From: Candidatus Dojkabacteria bacterium
Lineage (GTDB): Bacteria > Patescibacteriota > Dojkabacteria > SC72 > JAFGCJ01
Direction: 5' to 3'
DNA length: 64,000 nucleotides
NCBI GenBank assembly: GCA_016932785.1
Contig: JAFGCJ010000001.1
Span: forward strand, 10,909 to 74,908
The notes beneath the pieces were generated by a model. That model searched no databases, was not told the origin of the DNA, and saw only the letters and a program-made list of their open reading frames with translations. Position numbers and translations under genes: made by a program. Shown here piece by piece: positions 10,901 through 19,239 of this stretch (positions within the stretch are counted from its first letter, which is position 1; each line of letters starts with the position of its first letter).

Positions 10901-12628
10901 GGTTATGTTGCGCCTGAAGTGCTACCAAATGTTCTACAGCTTAAGGGAGAAACCAGTCTGGTGGTGACCGAAGCTGTTGATGCGTATGGATTGGGAGCAA
11001 CTTTATTTGCTGTTGCCGTTGGTTGTGTTGTTGATGAGGCTGGAGATCCTCCTATTCCGGGAGTTATAAATGTGATGACTTCTGATCATTCAGACCAGGT
11101 CGAGGAGGCTAGACGGGCGGCTATAAGATCAAACCTTGCGAGTACTCCCATGGATCCTCAAATGATAGAGATTGTCGTTCGACTCCTCGAGATTGATCCA
11201 GGTGAGAGACAGACAAATCTCCTCGCTGTTGCTGAGGAATTGAGAAGGATTTCAAATCCTTTTGAAGATTTAGGGTTGATGGATGGAGCCTCATTGAGCG
11301 ATTTAGATAGAGCACAGTCATTAGACGAAGTAATTCTGTTTTTGAGAATGTCTGTGCTTCCTAGCACTGAGAGGACAAAGGCTTTAAGTGAGATAGCCTC
11401 TGGACTCGATGAGGTATCGCGCTATGCTGCTGCTCGAAGAGTGGGCGTTGAACAGGGATTAGCTGAAATGGATAGAATTTTGGTCAGGGCTGTGACAAAT
11501 GGGAATAGAAGGACAGTGAGAAATGACCTTTCATCTGCAACTGGAGCCTATCTGGCATCAGTGTCGCTGGGAAGCCGTTTCGATCAGTTCTATGCATCAG
11601 CTGTAGCAATATTTACACGTGTTTCCGGACAACTTAGAAAGCTTCAATTAGAGGGAAGATTAACAGACCCACTTATTAATACTTTACAGAGCATCTTTGG
11701 CCGGTTTGCCAGGGAAGATAGACGAATTATTAATGTAGGTGAGTTTATGACTAAGAGAGGCTTGGAAGATAGAATGGGCTATCTTCATAGTTCACGGGAG
11801 GGCAGGTTTTTTGTCGATGACGAAAGTTTGGCAGGAATGTGTGTCAGTTTACAGTCTGAATTTAAAGCTAACAGACATCTTTTCCTCTCTGAGGTTGTTG
11901 TAAGGTTAACCTCTCTGCAAGGAGAAGTCGATTTTTCAAGCTGGAGAAATAATGTACTTTCTGGTGATCAATATGCTTCAAGTAATCTAACGCGTCATAG
12001 AGACCTTGGAAGAGTAATTAGCGACATAGTGGTTTCTCCTGCAAGAAGAGAAGAGCTGGAGAAAGATTTATCTAAAGTAGTGGAAGAACTCAGAAGTGCC
12101 GTGCCCGATGACGCGTACAGACTAACAGAGGTGCTGAGAAACCTCGTGGCTGTATATGTTTGGGTTAGCGGACATGGTATGCAAAGACAGCTTTCGTATG
12201 AAGCTAGAGACCTTAGAGATTATGCAGATAGGGAACATGAAAAAGGTTATGGGGCTATGTATTTATCGAAGGGTATTACAGAGGTATCGGATCCGTTTTA
12301 TAAAAGATTCAGCTGGCTTCGTACGCTACCTGAATTACGTAATCGGCTTTTGTCTGAATCTGGAGATCAAGGTGTAGAGGACATAGTTAGGAGGGCATTT
12401 AGTGACGCCGTTGGCGGAGTTAGTGGGGAAATTATTGATTATTGGAATGAATGGCGTAATGCTGTGGCCGAATATCTGTCGAAGAGCCTTTCGAGAAAAA
12501 GAATTAATGAAATTTTATACCAAAGGGATGAGCGTGCTCAGCTAAGAAGGATTGTTGGTAGTATTTCAAGAGAAATCGATGACTTTAACAAAGAGCATCG
12601 AAGAATATTGAGGGACCTTACTTCTTAG
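7967..12628 (+). CDS. 1553-aa protein with a central Hanks-type Ser/Thr kinase domain (possible pseudokinase)
   Basis: VHRDVKPQNVLI, LGDFG, MGTPGYVAPE, DAYGLG and DPGER motifs at about 10330-11250; flanking regions unrecognised. Confidence 0.9.
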   Translation: MSGDSLYSSGVSAEKYSGNLDRGDSTSSVSSEESEEGYEALVAGNVDQQRVAAMTRLHEGFVSQLEALDELLVDPFAEIVSRGMFREPFDAMMANFRGRQLSCIQFLAREGVTLENLAQIVLGGVLVHESKAYSREEDVLSMIGENFLTQMSGLYGSSKAEIPGDLETDVFLIGGGAALGVILDIPEPTGRADMESIEYLVNTFGIRIFNDEGEEIPMEEDGEMTLEQAQTVWRTLQSWRSLTVDRSMLPTEFKETFPGDVVVFFGYPDEQSVRHESEEVFHHYLRDQMVSYLKEQESTALVPDVSYTPRTISEIVGMTDEDCLRLYGRGRREVIEGIRDADRSVLAWSIAAPALSEISSILSEDEELVELEGVRFIEQLASRSIGSLGILPGSERMAAINGLSKEDIAKILEAYVEAYTLVRAVRGKVCELLQEKNPREVANLLHAYFGNPVNFLLHGEREELGRADGSDSYSRFEAQRRRNLDALTTSLAVLKRDQIPEEGPEVVRGVLGLEDFSEGEDEGAKPEQYYVDTRFESRFIQDKGTIPACGAVVEFDLIPSHGTTVAITIGEAGAGGGMSSSRKAALAAEVSGAPAGFRRYVILGKGDRRTDIYMDTDGQVVRYYRSNAGAADQSLSELEFQQACSTHPESNMFFLKEATVALPGGEAFAQSLIDLSDLPFTFVPKSVFERLDAEGRTELLDKNIFQLSIAVQRLLQNLDIHNASSFLDNRFTIGRVELSLQEYIRRIVVSAYRADYSRATRYFGTASNGLAQRLHIRSADLDQYSSVVYDGASEEPFAVLRNANQSLVDGVEQFVLQVLEPELQAAIRRASREAAVGRVVAGTGMAESVVPVAASTLNHVGLGDKGGSRRILVTLFPWIENMVGDLADFRDQLKASPSRDQLLKIGLSLCNALGGVAHEGLNVVHRDVKPQNVLIVGSNMEKVLLGDFGISVHKGSTMTVSDLDSSSSAGRTALMGTPGYVAPEVLPNVLQLKGETSLVVTEAVDAYGLGATLFAVAVGCVVDEAGDPPIPGVINVMTSDHSDQVEEARRAAIRSNLASTPMDPQMIEIVVRLLEIDPGERQTNLLAVAEELRRISNPFEDLGLMDGASLSDLDRAQSLDEVILFLRMSVLPSTERTKALSEIASGLDEVSRYAAARRVGVEQGLAEMDRILVRAVTNGNRRTVRNDLSSATGAYLASVSLGSRFDQFYASAVAIFTRVSGQLRKLQLEGRLTDPLINTLQSIFGRFAREDRRIINVGEFMTKRGLEDRMGYLHSSREGRFFVDDESLAGMCVSLQSEFKANRHLFLSEVVVRLTSLQGEVDFSSWRNNVLSGDQYASSNLTRHRDLGRVISDIVVSPARREELEKDLSKVVEELRSAVPDDAYRLTEVLRNLVAVYVWVSGHGMQRQLSYEARDLRDYADREHEKGYGAMYLSKGITEVSDPFYKRFSWLRTLPELRNRLLSESGDQGVEDIVRRAFSDAVGGVSGEIIDYWNEWRNAVAEYLSKSLSRKRINEILYQRDERAQLRRIVGSISREIDDFNKEHRRILRDLTS

Positions 12629-12732
12629 GGTGCTGTTTTGTAAGGGGTCTCTCATCGGGTGGTTGCTGTAGTTCATAATATAAAGAATATTAGTGGGAAT
12701 GATTTGGATAGCAACTTTATCAAATATTCCTT

Positions 12733-12761
12733 TTGCCCAAACCGTTAAAATCTGCTATATT
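12733..12761 (+). promoter_or_regulatory. Putative promoter for tRNA-Leu/efp
   Basis: TTGCCC, 17-bp spacer, TATATT with an extended -10 TG. Confidence 0.5.
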
Positions 12762-12837
12762 TCAGCCTAGAACACATACTCGATACATGGGCGATTTTGT
12801 CTTCATCTCATGGCCGCGAACTATAAGTTAGCGGGTG

Positions 12838-12921
12838 GGGCGAGTGGTGGAATAGGCAGACACGCGGGTCTCAAAAACCCGTCCTAGCAATAGGGTGAGG
12901 GTTCGATTCCCTCCTCGCCCA
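12838..12921 (+). tRNA. tRNA-Leu (CAA)
   Basis: Acceptor stem GGGCGAG/CTCGCCC with discriminator A, D-arm TGGTGGAATAGGCAGACAC, anticodon arm CGGGT-CTCAAAA-ACCCG, long variable arm, GTTCGATTC T-loop; CCA not encoded. Confidence 0.95.
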
Positions 12922-12971
12922 TAATCCGTGAGAGTGAGGGTGTTCACATTTAAACTATAAGTTAGCGGGAT

Positions 12972-13535
12972 ATGGCAGTGCTATCAAACACGGATCTTCG
13001 TCGTGGAGTAGTCTTTCAGGACGGGGGAGAGATTTTTGTTGTTCTCAATTATGCTTCCAGTGTTAGGGGTCGGGGAAGTTCCATTGTTAAGCTGAAAATT
13101 CGTAATCTTAAAACAGGCAATGTTCTGGAAAAATCTTACAGAGCTAATGAAAAAGTAGAGTCTGTGGATACACAAAGAACAAATGTTCAGTATCTTTACT
13201 CGGAAGGGGAAAGTGCTAACTTTATGAACTCTGAGACATTTGAGCAATTTTCTATTCCTATGGAGGAAGTCGGAGAATCAGTGAAGTATCTCAATGAGGG
13301 CGAGAAGGTGATCGTGTTACTTGTTGAGGGCAAACCCGTTTCTATAGAAATACCCAAGAAAGTAGAGATGGAGATTAAATATACCGAGCCTGCAGTTAAG
13401 GGTAATACCGCAACAAATGCTATGAAAAAGGCAAAACTGCAGAATGGCCTCGAAGTAGATGTGCCCCTATTTTCAAAAGTTGGAGATAGGATTAAAATTA
13501 ACACCGATACAGGAGAGTATGTCTCTCGGGCATAA
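12972..13535 (+). CDS. efp: Elongation factor P
   Basis: VRGRGSS loop, QYLY, FMNSETFEQ, PAVKGNTA, VPLF, NTDTGEYVSRA. Confidence 0.98.
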   Translation: MAVLSNTDLRRGVVFQDGGEIFVVLNYASSVRGRGSSIVKLKIRNLKTGNVLEKSYRANEKVESVDTQRTNVQYLYSEGESANFMNSETFEQFSIPMEEVGESVKYLNEGEKVIVLLVEGKPVSIEIPKKVEMEIKYTEPAVKGNTATNAMKKAKLQNGLEVDVPLFSKVGDRIKINTDTGEYVSRA

Positions 13536-13605
13536 TTCGAGTTGTCGGGTATAGTTTTGTTCTTTGAGCTATTAAAATTTAATTAAATTTGATAAGTATT
13601 AAGTT

Positions 13606-14379
13606 ATGGAATCGTTCTTTTTTGACATACTGTCCTTTCTGGAAGATTTAGATTTTATCTTCTTCGTTAAAATCCTTGGAATAATTTTCGGAGTATTCTG
13701 GTTGATTGTTGTAGGGTGGACGTGGACTGATGCGTCTGAAAGGTCGGGGTCGCTGTTTTTCAAGATAATTTCCTCGTTTCTTGTTCTAACTTTGAATATC
13801 TTTGGCCTTATAATTTATCTCATTATTCGACCCAAATACCCCAAAGATGAGGAGTATTGGATAGATCTTGAGAGAAGGTATTTGAAGTTTGAGGCCGATG
13901 GGCTTGAAGATTGTCCTTACTGCGGCTTCGAAATCATGCCAAACTATGTTCATTGTCCAAACTGTGGCTCAAAACTACGTGTAAAATGTAATTCCTGTGA
14001 ATCATATTTAGAATTGAATTGGGATGTGTGTCCATTTTGCGGGGAGAAGCAGAAGAATGTTGATTTATCACAAAAGATAGACGACTTTCAGAACCGTAAG
14101 AAGATTGTGAGAAAGAAAAGGAATCCTTTTAAAGGTATAGGAGGTAGAATCAGATCTTTGTTCTCATTTCGTAAGAGAGTTGGCAATAAAGCTCAGGTCA
14201 CTGCTGCCTCGAAATCCCAGAATAAGAAGACTTCTAAACCAGGTGATTCATCTTCTTCGAAGCAAGCAGATAAGTCTCAGAAGCAAGCAGACAAGTCTCA
14301 GAAACAAGAAGAGAGCAGTGCTAAGAAAGCAAAGGATACCCGAAAGAAGAGAAGGAAAAAGAAAAGGAGAAAGAAATAG
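13606..14379 (+). CDS. Membrane protein with double zinc ribbon and basic low-complexity tail
   Basis: Two TM helices (W.DASER, IYLIIRP), four CxxC pairs (CPYC, CPNC, CNSC, CPFC), Lys/Ser-rich C-terminus. Confidence 0.85.
   Translation: MESFFFDILSFLEDLDFIFFVKILGIIFGVFWLIVVGWTWTDASERSGSLFFKIISSFLVLTLNIFGLIIYLIIRPKYPKDEEYWIDLERRYLKFEADGLEDCPYCGFEIMPNYVHCPNCGSKLRVKCNSCESYLELNWDVCPFCGEKQKNVDLSQKIDDFQNRKKIVRKKRNPFKGIGGRIRSLFSFRKRVGNKAQVTAASKSQNKKTSKPGDSSSSKQADKSQKQADKSQKQEESSAKKAKDTRKKRRKKKRRKK
14260..14301 (+). repeat. In-frame 21-bp tandem repeat, 2 copies (KQADKSQ)
   Basis: AAGCAAGCAGA(T/C)AAGTCTCAG twice, plus a degenerate partial third copy. Confidence 0.85.
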
Positions 14380-14483
14380 ATACCAATTCTTAAGAAGTCT
14401 TTGGTTTATATATCAGTCGGTTTATATTATTGTTGGATGTTACTAGGGATTAGCCTTGTAGCTTCTTCTTCAACATTATAAAA

Positions 14484-15701
14484 TTGGGCATGCTAGAATC
14501 TTTTTTATCAGCATTCGACAAATCAATTCCGAGGTGGATAGTCTGGCTATATATTATTATTTCCGGTATCGTAGGATATTTTATCTATTGGCTTCAGATT
14601 AAGAGAAGGGCTCAGAAGAAACTTGAGCTATCAATTGTCTCGGACCAGGTTATTAAGGCGGAAACCGAGAGCATTAGTTCCAAATTCTTTGACTATGTAG
14701 GATTCAGCCTTATCTTTTCCGTCTTTTTATCTAGGTTTATGTATATCTGGTATAGAAGTTCAGAGTTTGCGGGAACCAGGTGGTTTTGGTTGCCATACGA
14801 GAAAATAGAAGGGCAGGTATATATAATGGAGAGTTTTCCATGGCTTTTCCTTCGGTTCTGGGATAGGGACTTTTTGATCGAGGGTATAGTATTTGGAATA
14901 TTATTCAGCGTGATCTTTGTATCGAAAGCATTGGGCTTCAAGTGGAAAGAAATCTTTGAACCTACTACGAATTTTCTTTGGTATGTTCTTTGCTGTTTCC
15001 TATTGTTTATCGCTGTGGTGACCGGAAGGCCGTTGCATATAGTATTTTTCATTTTTGTAATGATTTCTGGAGTAGCTAGGTACGTAGTTGATTTGCTGAA
15101 AAATATTGATTTTCCACTTTGGCTTAAATCTGTGGTTGATGTCTTTTGGAGAATAGTGACATATCTTAGTGCACCAATATTGATCCTGGTTTCGCAGAAT
15201 TTCGAAGCCTATCCAAACAAGGGGGTGTTAATCTTTCTTGACCTGGGAATTATTTTTATGAGTATTTGGCTTTTGGTGTCAATGGTTCTGTTCAAATATT
15301 ATGGTGACATTATTAGTAAGCTTGAGGAAAAACTCCAGAGCGGAGGTAAGGTTGGTGACCAGAATATTAAATCCAGGGTCGATGTACAAATTGTTGGACA
15401 TGACACCTACCGCGGGGATACAAGTAGATCCTCTGTAAAATCTTCCAAAAGACCAAAAGCTCCAGATATGAGCAAGATAAAATCCTCTCCTGTTTCAACG
15501 GTTGAGACTTCATATCGAAAGCTTGGGGCCAGTATCAAGAGGGTCTTTCCCAAGGCAGATCCTGGTTACAGGAAGTTTTCTCTTTCCTATCGTGATTTTA
15601 CAAAGAAGCCTTCAAGAGGGAAGAAGGTAAAAGGCTTCCTCTCTAAATTCCTGAAGAGCAAAGAAGTCGACACTAATGAAGAAACTTCATCTAGCGAATA
15701 A
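14484..15701 (+). CDS. Divergent Lgt-like polytopic membrane protein
   Basis: Multiple TM helices. LSRFMYI and FLRFWDRDFLIEG loosely resemble Lgt GARLxYV and IWxGGLSxHG; directly upstream of lspA. Confidence 0.5.
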   Translation: MGMLESFLSAFDKSIPRWIVWLYIIISGIVGYFIYWLQIKRRAQKKLELSIVSDQVIKAETESISSKFFDYVGFSLIFSVFLSRFMYIWYRSSEFAGTRWFWLPYEKIEGQVYIMESFPWLFLRFWDRDFLIEGIVFGILFSVIFVSKALGFKWKEIFEPTTNFLWYVLCCFLLFIAVVTGRPLHIVFFIFVMISGVARYVVDLLKNIDFPLWLKSVVDVFWRIVTYLSAPILILVSQNFEAYPNKGVLIFLDLGIIFMSIWLLVSMVLFKYYGDIISKLEEKLQSGGKVGDQNIKSRVDVQIVGHDTYRGDTSRSSVKSSKRPKAPDMSKIKSSPVSTVETSYRKLGASIKRVFPKADPGYRKFSLSYRDFTKKPSRGKKVKGFLSKFLKSKEVDTNEETSSSE

Positions 15702-16119
15702 AGTCACGAATAAGAAGAGCGCAGTACTGATTGTAGTTATTTTGATACTGATTGATCAGATTACCAAAGTTGTCGCGAGAGGATATGACTTTGGTGCACT
15801 TAACACTGGAGTTTCTTTGGGCCTATTGAGCGACGTTGGAGTTGTGGTCTTACTCGTAATTCAGGTTTTCATAGTTGCGGCCCTCCTTCTTATTTTGATA
15901 GGAAGAGATTTGGACCGGTATTTGAGGTTGGGTTTGTGTATCATTATTTCTGGTGGACTAAGTAATATAATAACAAGGTTGATGTGGGGTGGGGTATGGG
16001 ACTGGATTGATTTAAAGCTTATACCTATTTTTAATCTTGCTGATATATATATTGATATTGGATTATTAATAATTTTGTACAGGTCTTTTGGTGGCAGATT
16101 CGGAGAAAAAAATAAATGA
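15676..16119 (+). CDS. lspA: Lipoprotein signal peptidase II
   Basis: DQITK, NTGVSLG, GGLSNIITR, GGVWDWI, IFNLAD; both catalytic Asp residues present. Confidence 0.92.
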   Translation: MKKLHLANKVTNKKSAVLIVVILILIDQITKVVARGYDFGALNTGVSLGLLSDVGVVVLLVIQVFIVAALLLILIGRDLDRYLRLGLCIIISGGLSNIITRLMWGGVWDWIDLKLIPIFNLADIYIDIGLLIILYRSFGGRFGEKNK

Positions 16120-17434
16120 ATTGTTCATGAAAGATGGTTACGAAGTTACCAGTTCAGCTCGTGGGTATAGAGTTGATAGGCTGCTTTGTCAGGTCTTTGA
16201 TGATTGGTCAAGAAAGGATGTATCGCTTCTGATAAAGAATTCCGGAGTCAAGGTGAATGGAGAAAGCGTCAGGAAAGGCTCTAAGCGTCTCAAAAACAGG
16301 GACATAGTCCTAATTGATCAGAAGGTGTTTGAGAAGGTCAAAAAAACAGTTGAGAAGGCTAGGGACGCAAAGGAGTTCACGTATTATGGTGATGAAAAAA
16401 CTATTGAGCCTGAAAATCTTCCTCTCGAGATTGTATATGAAGAAAATGAATTCATTGTGGTAAACAAGCCTGCAGGTATGGTAGTTCATCCTGCTTACAA
16501 AAATCCATCAGGCACGCTTGTGAACGCAGTTGCGGGATACTTTAAGAGAAATAAAATTCAGCTACCCAGACGAGTAGGGCTTGTTCATAGGATAGATAAA
16601 GATGTCAGTGGGCTTCTTATAATAGCCAAGGATGACCATTCCCTCTCAGCTCTGAGTTCTCAATTTAGCGGTGTGGGAATTACAGGCCCTGGTATTGATG
16701 TATCCATGAAAGCCAGGAAATTGTATTGGGCTGTGATAAAGCCGGAATCAAGTTCTCAACTCGAATCAATAGGGCTGTTGAAGAAAGGTGCAAAGATGGA
16801 CACAATTACAGTGGAAGGATATATCAGAAGATCTCGTGCGGACAGGCGAGTTAGTGAATTCAATATAGGAAGGCCATTTTTGGATGCTAGTATCAAAGGG
16901 TCACGCTCTAGAGCTAATGATGCTAATGGAGCGGCGAATAAGGGCCGATACTGTCTTAGTTTCATGAAACTGGTGTCGAAGCTACCCAAGGGAGAATGGC
17001 TTATTGAAGTTGAAATTATCACCGGAAGAACTCATCAGATTCGATCACAACTTTCTAGCTTGGGGATTCCTGTCGTTGGTGACAAAATGTATGGTGGTAA
17101 AGAAAACCGACACAATGATATTTCTATGCATGGCATTGCGCTGAGAAGCGTTGCTCTTGACATTATACCCCCCGGGGTATATAAAGAATGTATAAAGGAG
17201 AGGAAATTAGCCATGCTCCTTGCAGGAAAAGACAAGAAAAGCGTTGATGATGGTGCTATTAATGGAAAAGCGGAAAAAAAGATACATGAAAAGCCTTATT
17301 GTAATGGGAGAATTGTATCACAAAGAGCTACAAGGGGCTTAGAATGCGACAAATTTATTAAGAAATACAAAAGTATTGACCGAGAAGGTATAGAAATTGA
17401 TAGAATCTGTATTGCGAATTTTGTGATACCTTGA
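16088..17434 (+). CDS. RluA/RluD-family pseudouridine synthase with S4 domain and an atypical C-terminal extension
   Basis: S4 domain (RVDRLL...SRK), VVNKPAGMVVHP, GLVHRIDKDVSG, TGRTHQIR, PVVGDKMYG. Confidence 0.95.
   Translation: MVADSEKKINELFMKDGYEVTSSARGYRVDRLLCQVFDDWSRKDVSLLIKNSGVKVNGESVRKGSKRLKNRDIVLIDQKVFEKVKKTVEKARDAKEFTYYGDEKTIEPENLPLEIVYEENEFIVVNKPAGMVVHPAYKNPSGTLVNAVAGYFKRNKIQLPRRVGLVHRIDKDVSGLLIIAKDDHSLSALSSQFSGVGITGPGIDVSMKARKLYWAVIKPESSSQLESIGLLKKGAKMDTITVEGYIRRSRADRRVSEFNIGRPFLDASIKGSRSRANDANGAANKGRYCLSFMKLVSKLPKGEWLIEVEIITGRTHQIRSQLSSLGIPVVGDKMYGGKENRHNDISMHGIALRSVALDIIPPGVYKECIKERKLAMLLAGKDKKSVDDGAINGKAEKKIHEKPYCNGRIVSQRATRGLECDKFIKKYKSIDREGIEIDRICIANFVIP
17157..17185 (+). 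promoter_or_regulatory. Second copy of the CsoR-type promoter/operator, inside the RluA ORF
   Basis: TTGACA, 17-bp spacer, TATAAA; contains TATACCCCCCGGGGTATA, 17/18 identical to 342-359. Confidence 0.55.
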
Positions 17435-17834
17435 TAGAGTAGAGTATATGGAGGGTAGCTCTTTAGAAAGAACTATAATGATATTGACGAATAAAGGTAT
17501 TTAAAGCCTATAAATGACAAATCTTATGTTTGAACAAGAATTCCTTGGCTATTCGTAACAAAATACCTGATGTGGAGTTGAGATATTTCCAATCTGGTGA
17601 AGGTAATAAAAACGGCTTTGTGGCAATCTTTAAATAGTTCACAAAATTTGATCATAAATTTTACATATCATCGGATCCGAGTGTTCATTAGATGGTTTCA
17701 GATTTAATAACCAAGATGACTCACAATAGACTAGTGCCTTGTTAGTGAAGAATTTGTTTTATGTAAAAGTAACACAATTGTAACATGAGGTCTTTCGATT
17801 TACTATTTGACCTATATTTTTTCTATTATATTCT

Positions 17835-19049
17835 GTGCCCCTTCTAAAAAGATCAAAAAAACAAAAGAAGAGATTTCGGACCGAAAGGACTCTAAAAGCA
17901 CGACTTTTAGACAAACCAAAATACCTTTTGATTCTAAGGATATTGATTGTTGTTGTTCTTATAACATCTATTTCATCTGTTGTTTATTGGTTTTATCATC
18001 GGGTATCAGATCTGAATGATCTGGAATTTTCTCAGACTCTTGAGGATTCCTATGATTTTGATTATGAGCCTCTTGGGTACAATAAAAACGAAGTCTTCAC
18101 CTTATTGATTTTGGTTGATCTTGAGGATGATGGAAGAACAAAGGTTGATGATTTTGTTGTTATTCAAATAGATTCAAATTCACAAGAAGCTTTTGTTTTT
18201 TCTTTTCACCCGGATATTTATTTCTACCTTTATGAGTATAGCGGCTCTTATGAAAGTGTTGAAATATCAAGGGTTAGAGATCTTCCTGTTGTTGGGGATC
18301 TTCATGATCCTCCCAGACCGGTTTCGTATACGTATCATCAGCTGCAAGAGTTTTTGGCCATTAGGTTTAATGGATATATCCTAATTAAGGGCGATCTTTC
18401 AAAGGACTTCAACAGATTTGGGAATGCCGAGGCTTTAGGTGATACATTGAAGTCAGATATGTCCTATGAAGCCTGGGCAAAGGAAAATAATGAGTATTGG
18501 ATAAATTTTATAAATACTCTTTCAATCTTTGGGGCTTTGGCCAATAAGGATAAAATACCAGAACTTGAAAGTAATTTAGAAGTAACTGACCTGTATGGAT
18601 TTGTTAGAGGATTTAAGGATATTTCTCTAAGTGACGTAGAATCTGTTTATCTGAAGACTGAAGACCTTACTGAGGTAATAGATGAGAGGGGAGACCAGGT
18701 GACTTTTTTATCGGAGACCAAGCTTGACGAAGCGTTGGGTAATCATGTTCGAGATATCGAAATGGAGCGGGAACAGGCCAGAGTCGAAGTATTTAACGGG
18801 AGTGGGGTTGGGGGGCTTGGAGCTCGATACAAAAGGTGGCTTGAACATCTTGGAGCTGATGTCATAAGAGTTGGAAATGCTTCTGGGGACTGGGATAGAT
18901 CTGTTATATATGTTACCAAGAGTGGGGAGTTTGATTATACTATGGATCGGATTCAGAGTTTGTGGGAGAAGGATGTTGAGATAAGGGAGGGTCGCCCGGA
19001 TTTTGTTACTACAGGGGATATAATCGTGATTTTAGGTGCAGATTTTTAG
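17835..19049 (+). CDS. LCP (LytR-CpsA-Psr)-like protein with LytR C-terminal domain
   Basis: Basic N-terminus plus TM helix, degenerate LCP core, C-terminal VEVFNGSGVGGLG...VGNA...DIIVILGADF. Confidence 0.85.
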   Translation: MPLLKRSKKQKKRFRTERTLKARLLDKPKYLLILRILIVVVLITSISSVVYWFYHRVSDLNDLEFSQTLEDSYDFDYEPLGYNKNEVFTLLILVDLEDDGRTKVDDFVVIQIDSNSQEAFVFSFHPDIYFYLYEYSGSYESVEISRVRDLPVVGDLHDPPRPVSYTYHQLQEFLAIRFNGYILIKGDLSKDFNRFGNAEALGDTLKSDMSYEAWAKENNEYWINFINTLSIFGALANKDKIPELESNLEVTDLYGFVRGFKDISLSDVESVYLKTEDLTEVIDERGDQVTFLSETKLDEALGNHVRDIEMEREQARVEVFNGSGVGGLGARYKRWLEHLGADVIRVGNASGDWDRSVIYVTKSGEFDYTMDRIQSLWEKDVEIREGRPDFVTTGDIIVILGADF

Positions 19050-19186
19050 GGTCTGACCCCCGTTGGGTCTGTCCCCTTAAAAAAACTTGTTTTTGCATTC
19101 TTTTAATAGAAATTTCATTAAAAAACAGGCCGAAGACTGTATAAACAGGGGTCAGACCTGTTGGGGGTCAGACCCCCAACTATAGG
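19049..19186. mobile_element. Non-autonomous REP-doublet element (MITE/REPIN-like) matching the ends of the RAYT locus
   Basis: Left GGGTCTGACCCCCGTTGGGTCTGTCCCC (19049-19076); right GGGGTCAGACCTGTTGGGGGTCAGACCCCCAACTATAGG (19148-19186). Same motifs and orientation as 60309-60330 and 60835-60873. Confidence 0.8.
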
Positions 19187-19239
19187 ATTCTCCGCTTCCA
19201 TTGGACATTTACAACACCTCAATATATACTGTTACCACT

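Noticed and set aside
12819..12969. CRISPR array or tRNA att-site duplication
   Set aside because: Only two local 17-bp copies separated by a tRNA, no cas genes, and the repeat is not tRNA 3'-end sequence.
17435..17834. Small gene or pseudogene in the 400-bp gap after rluA
   Set aside because: Only very short frames with no recognisable similarity; cannot be supported without a search.
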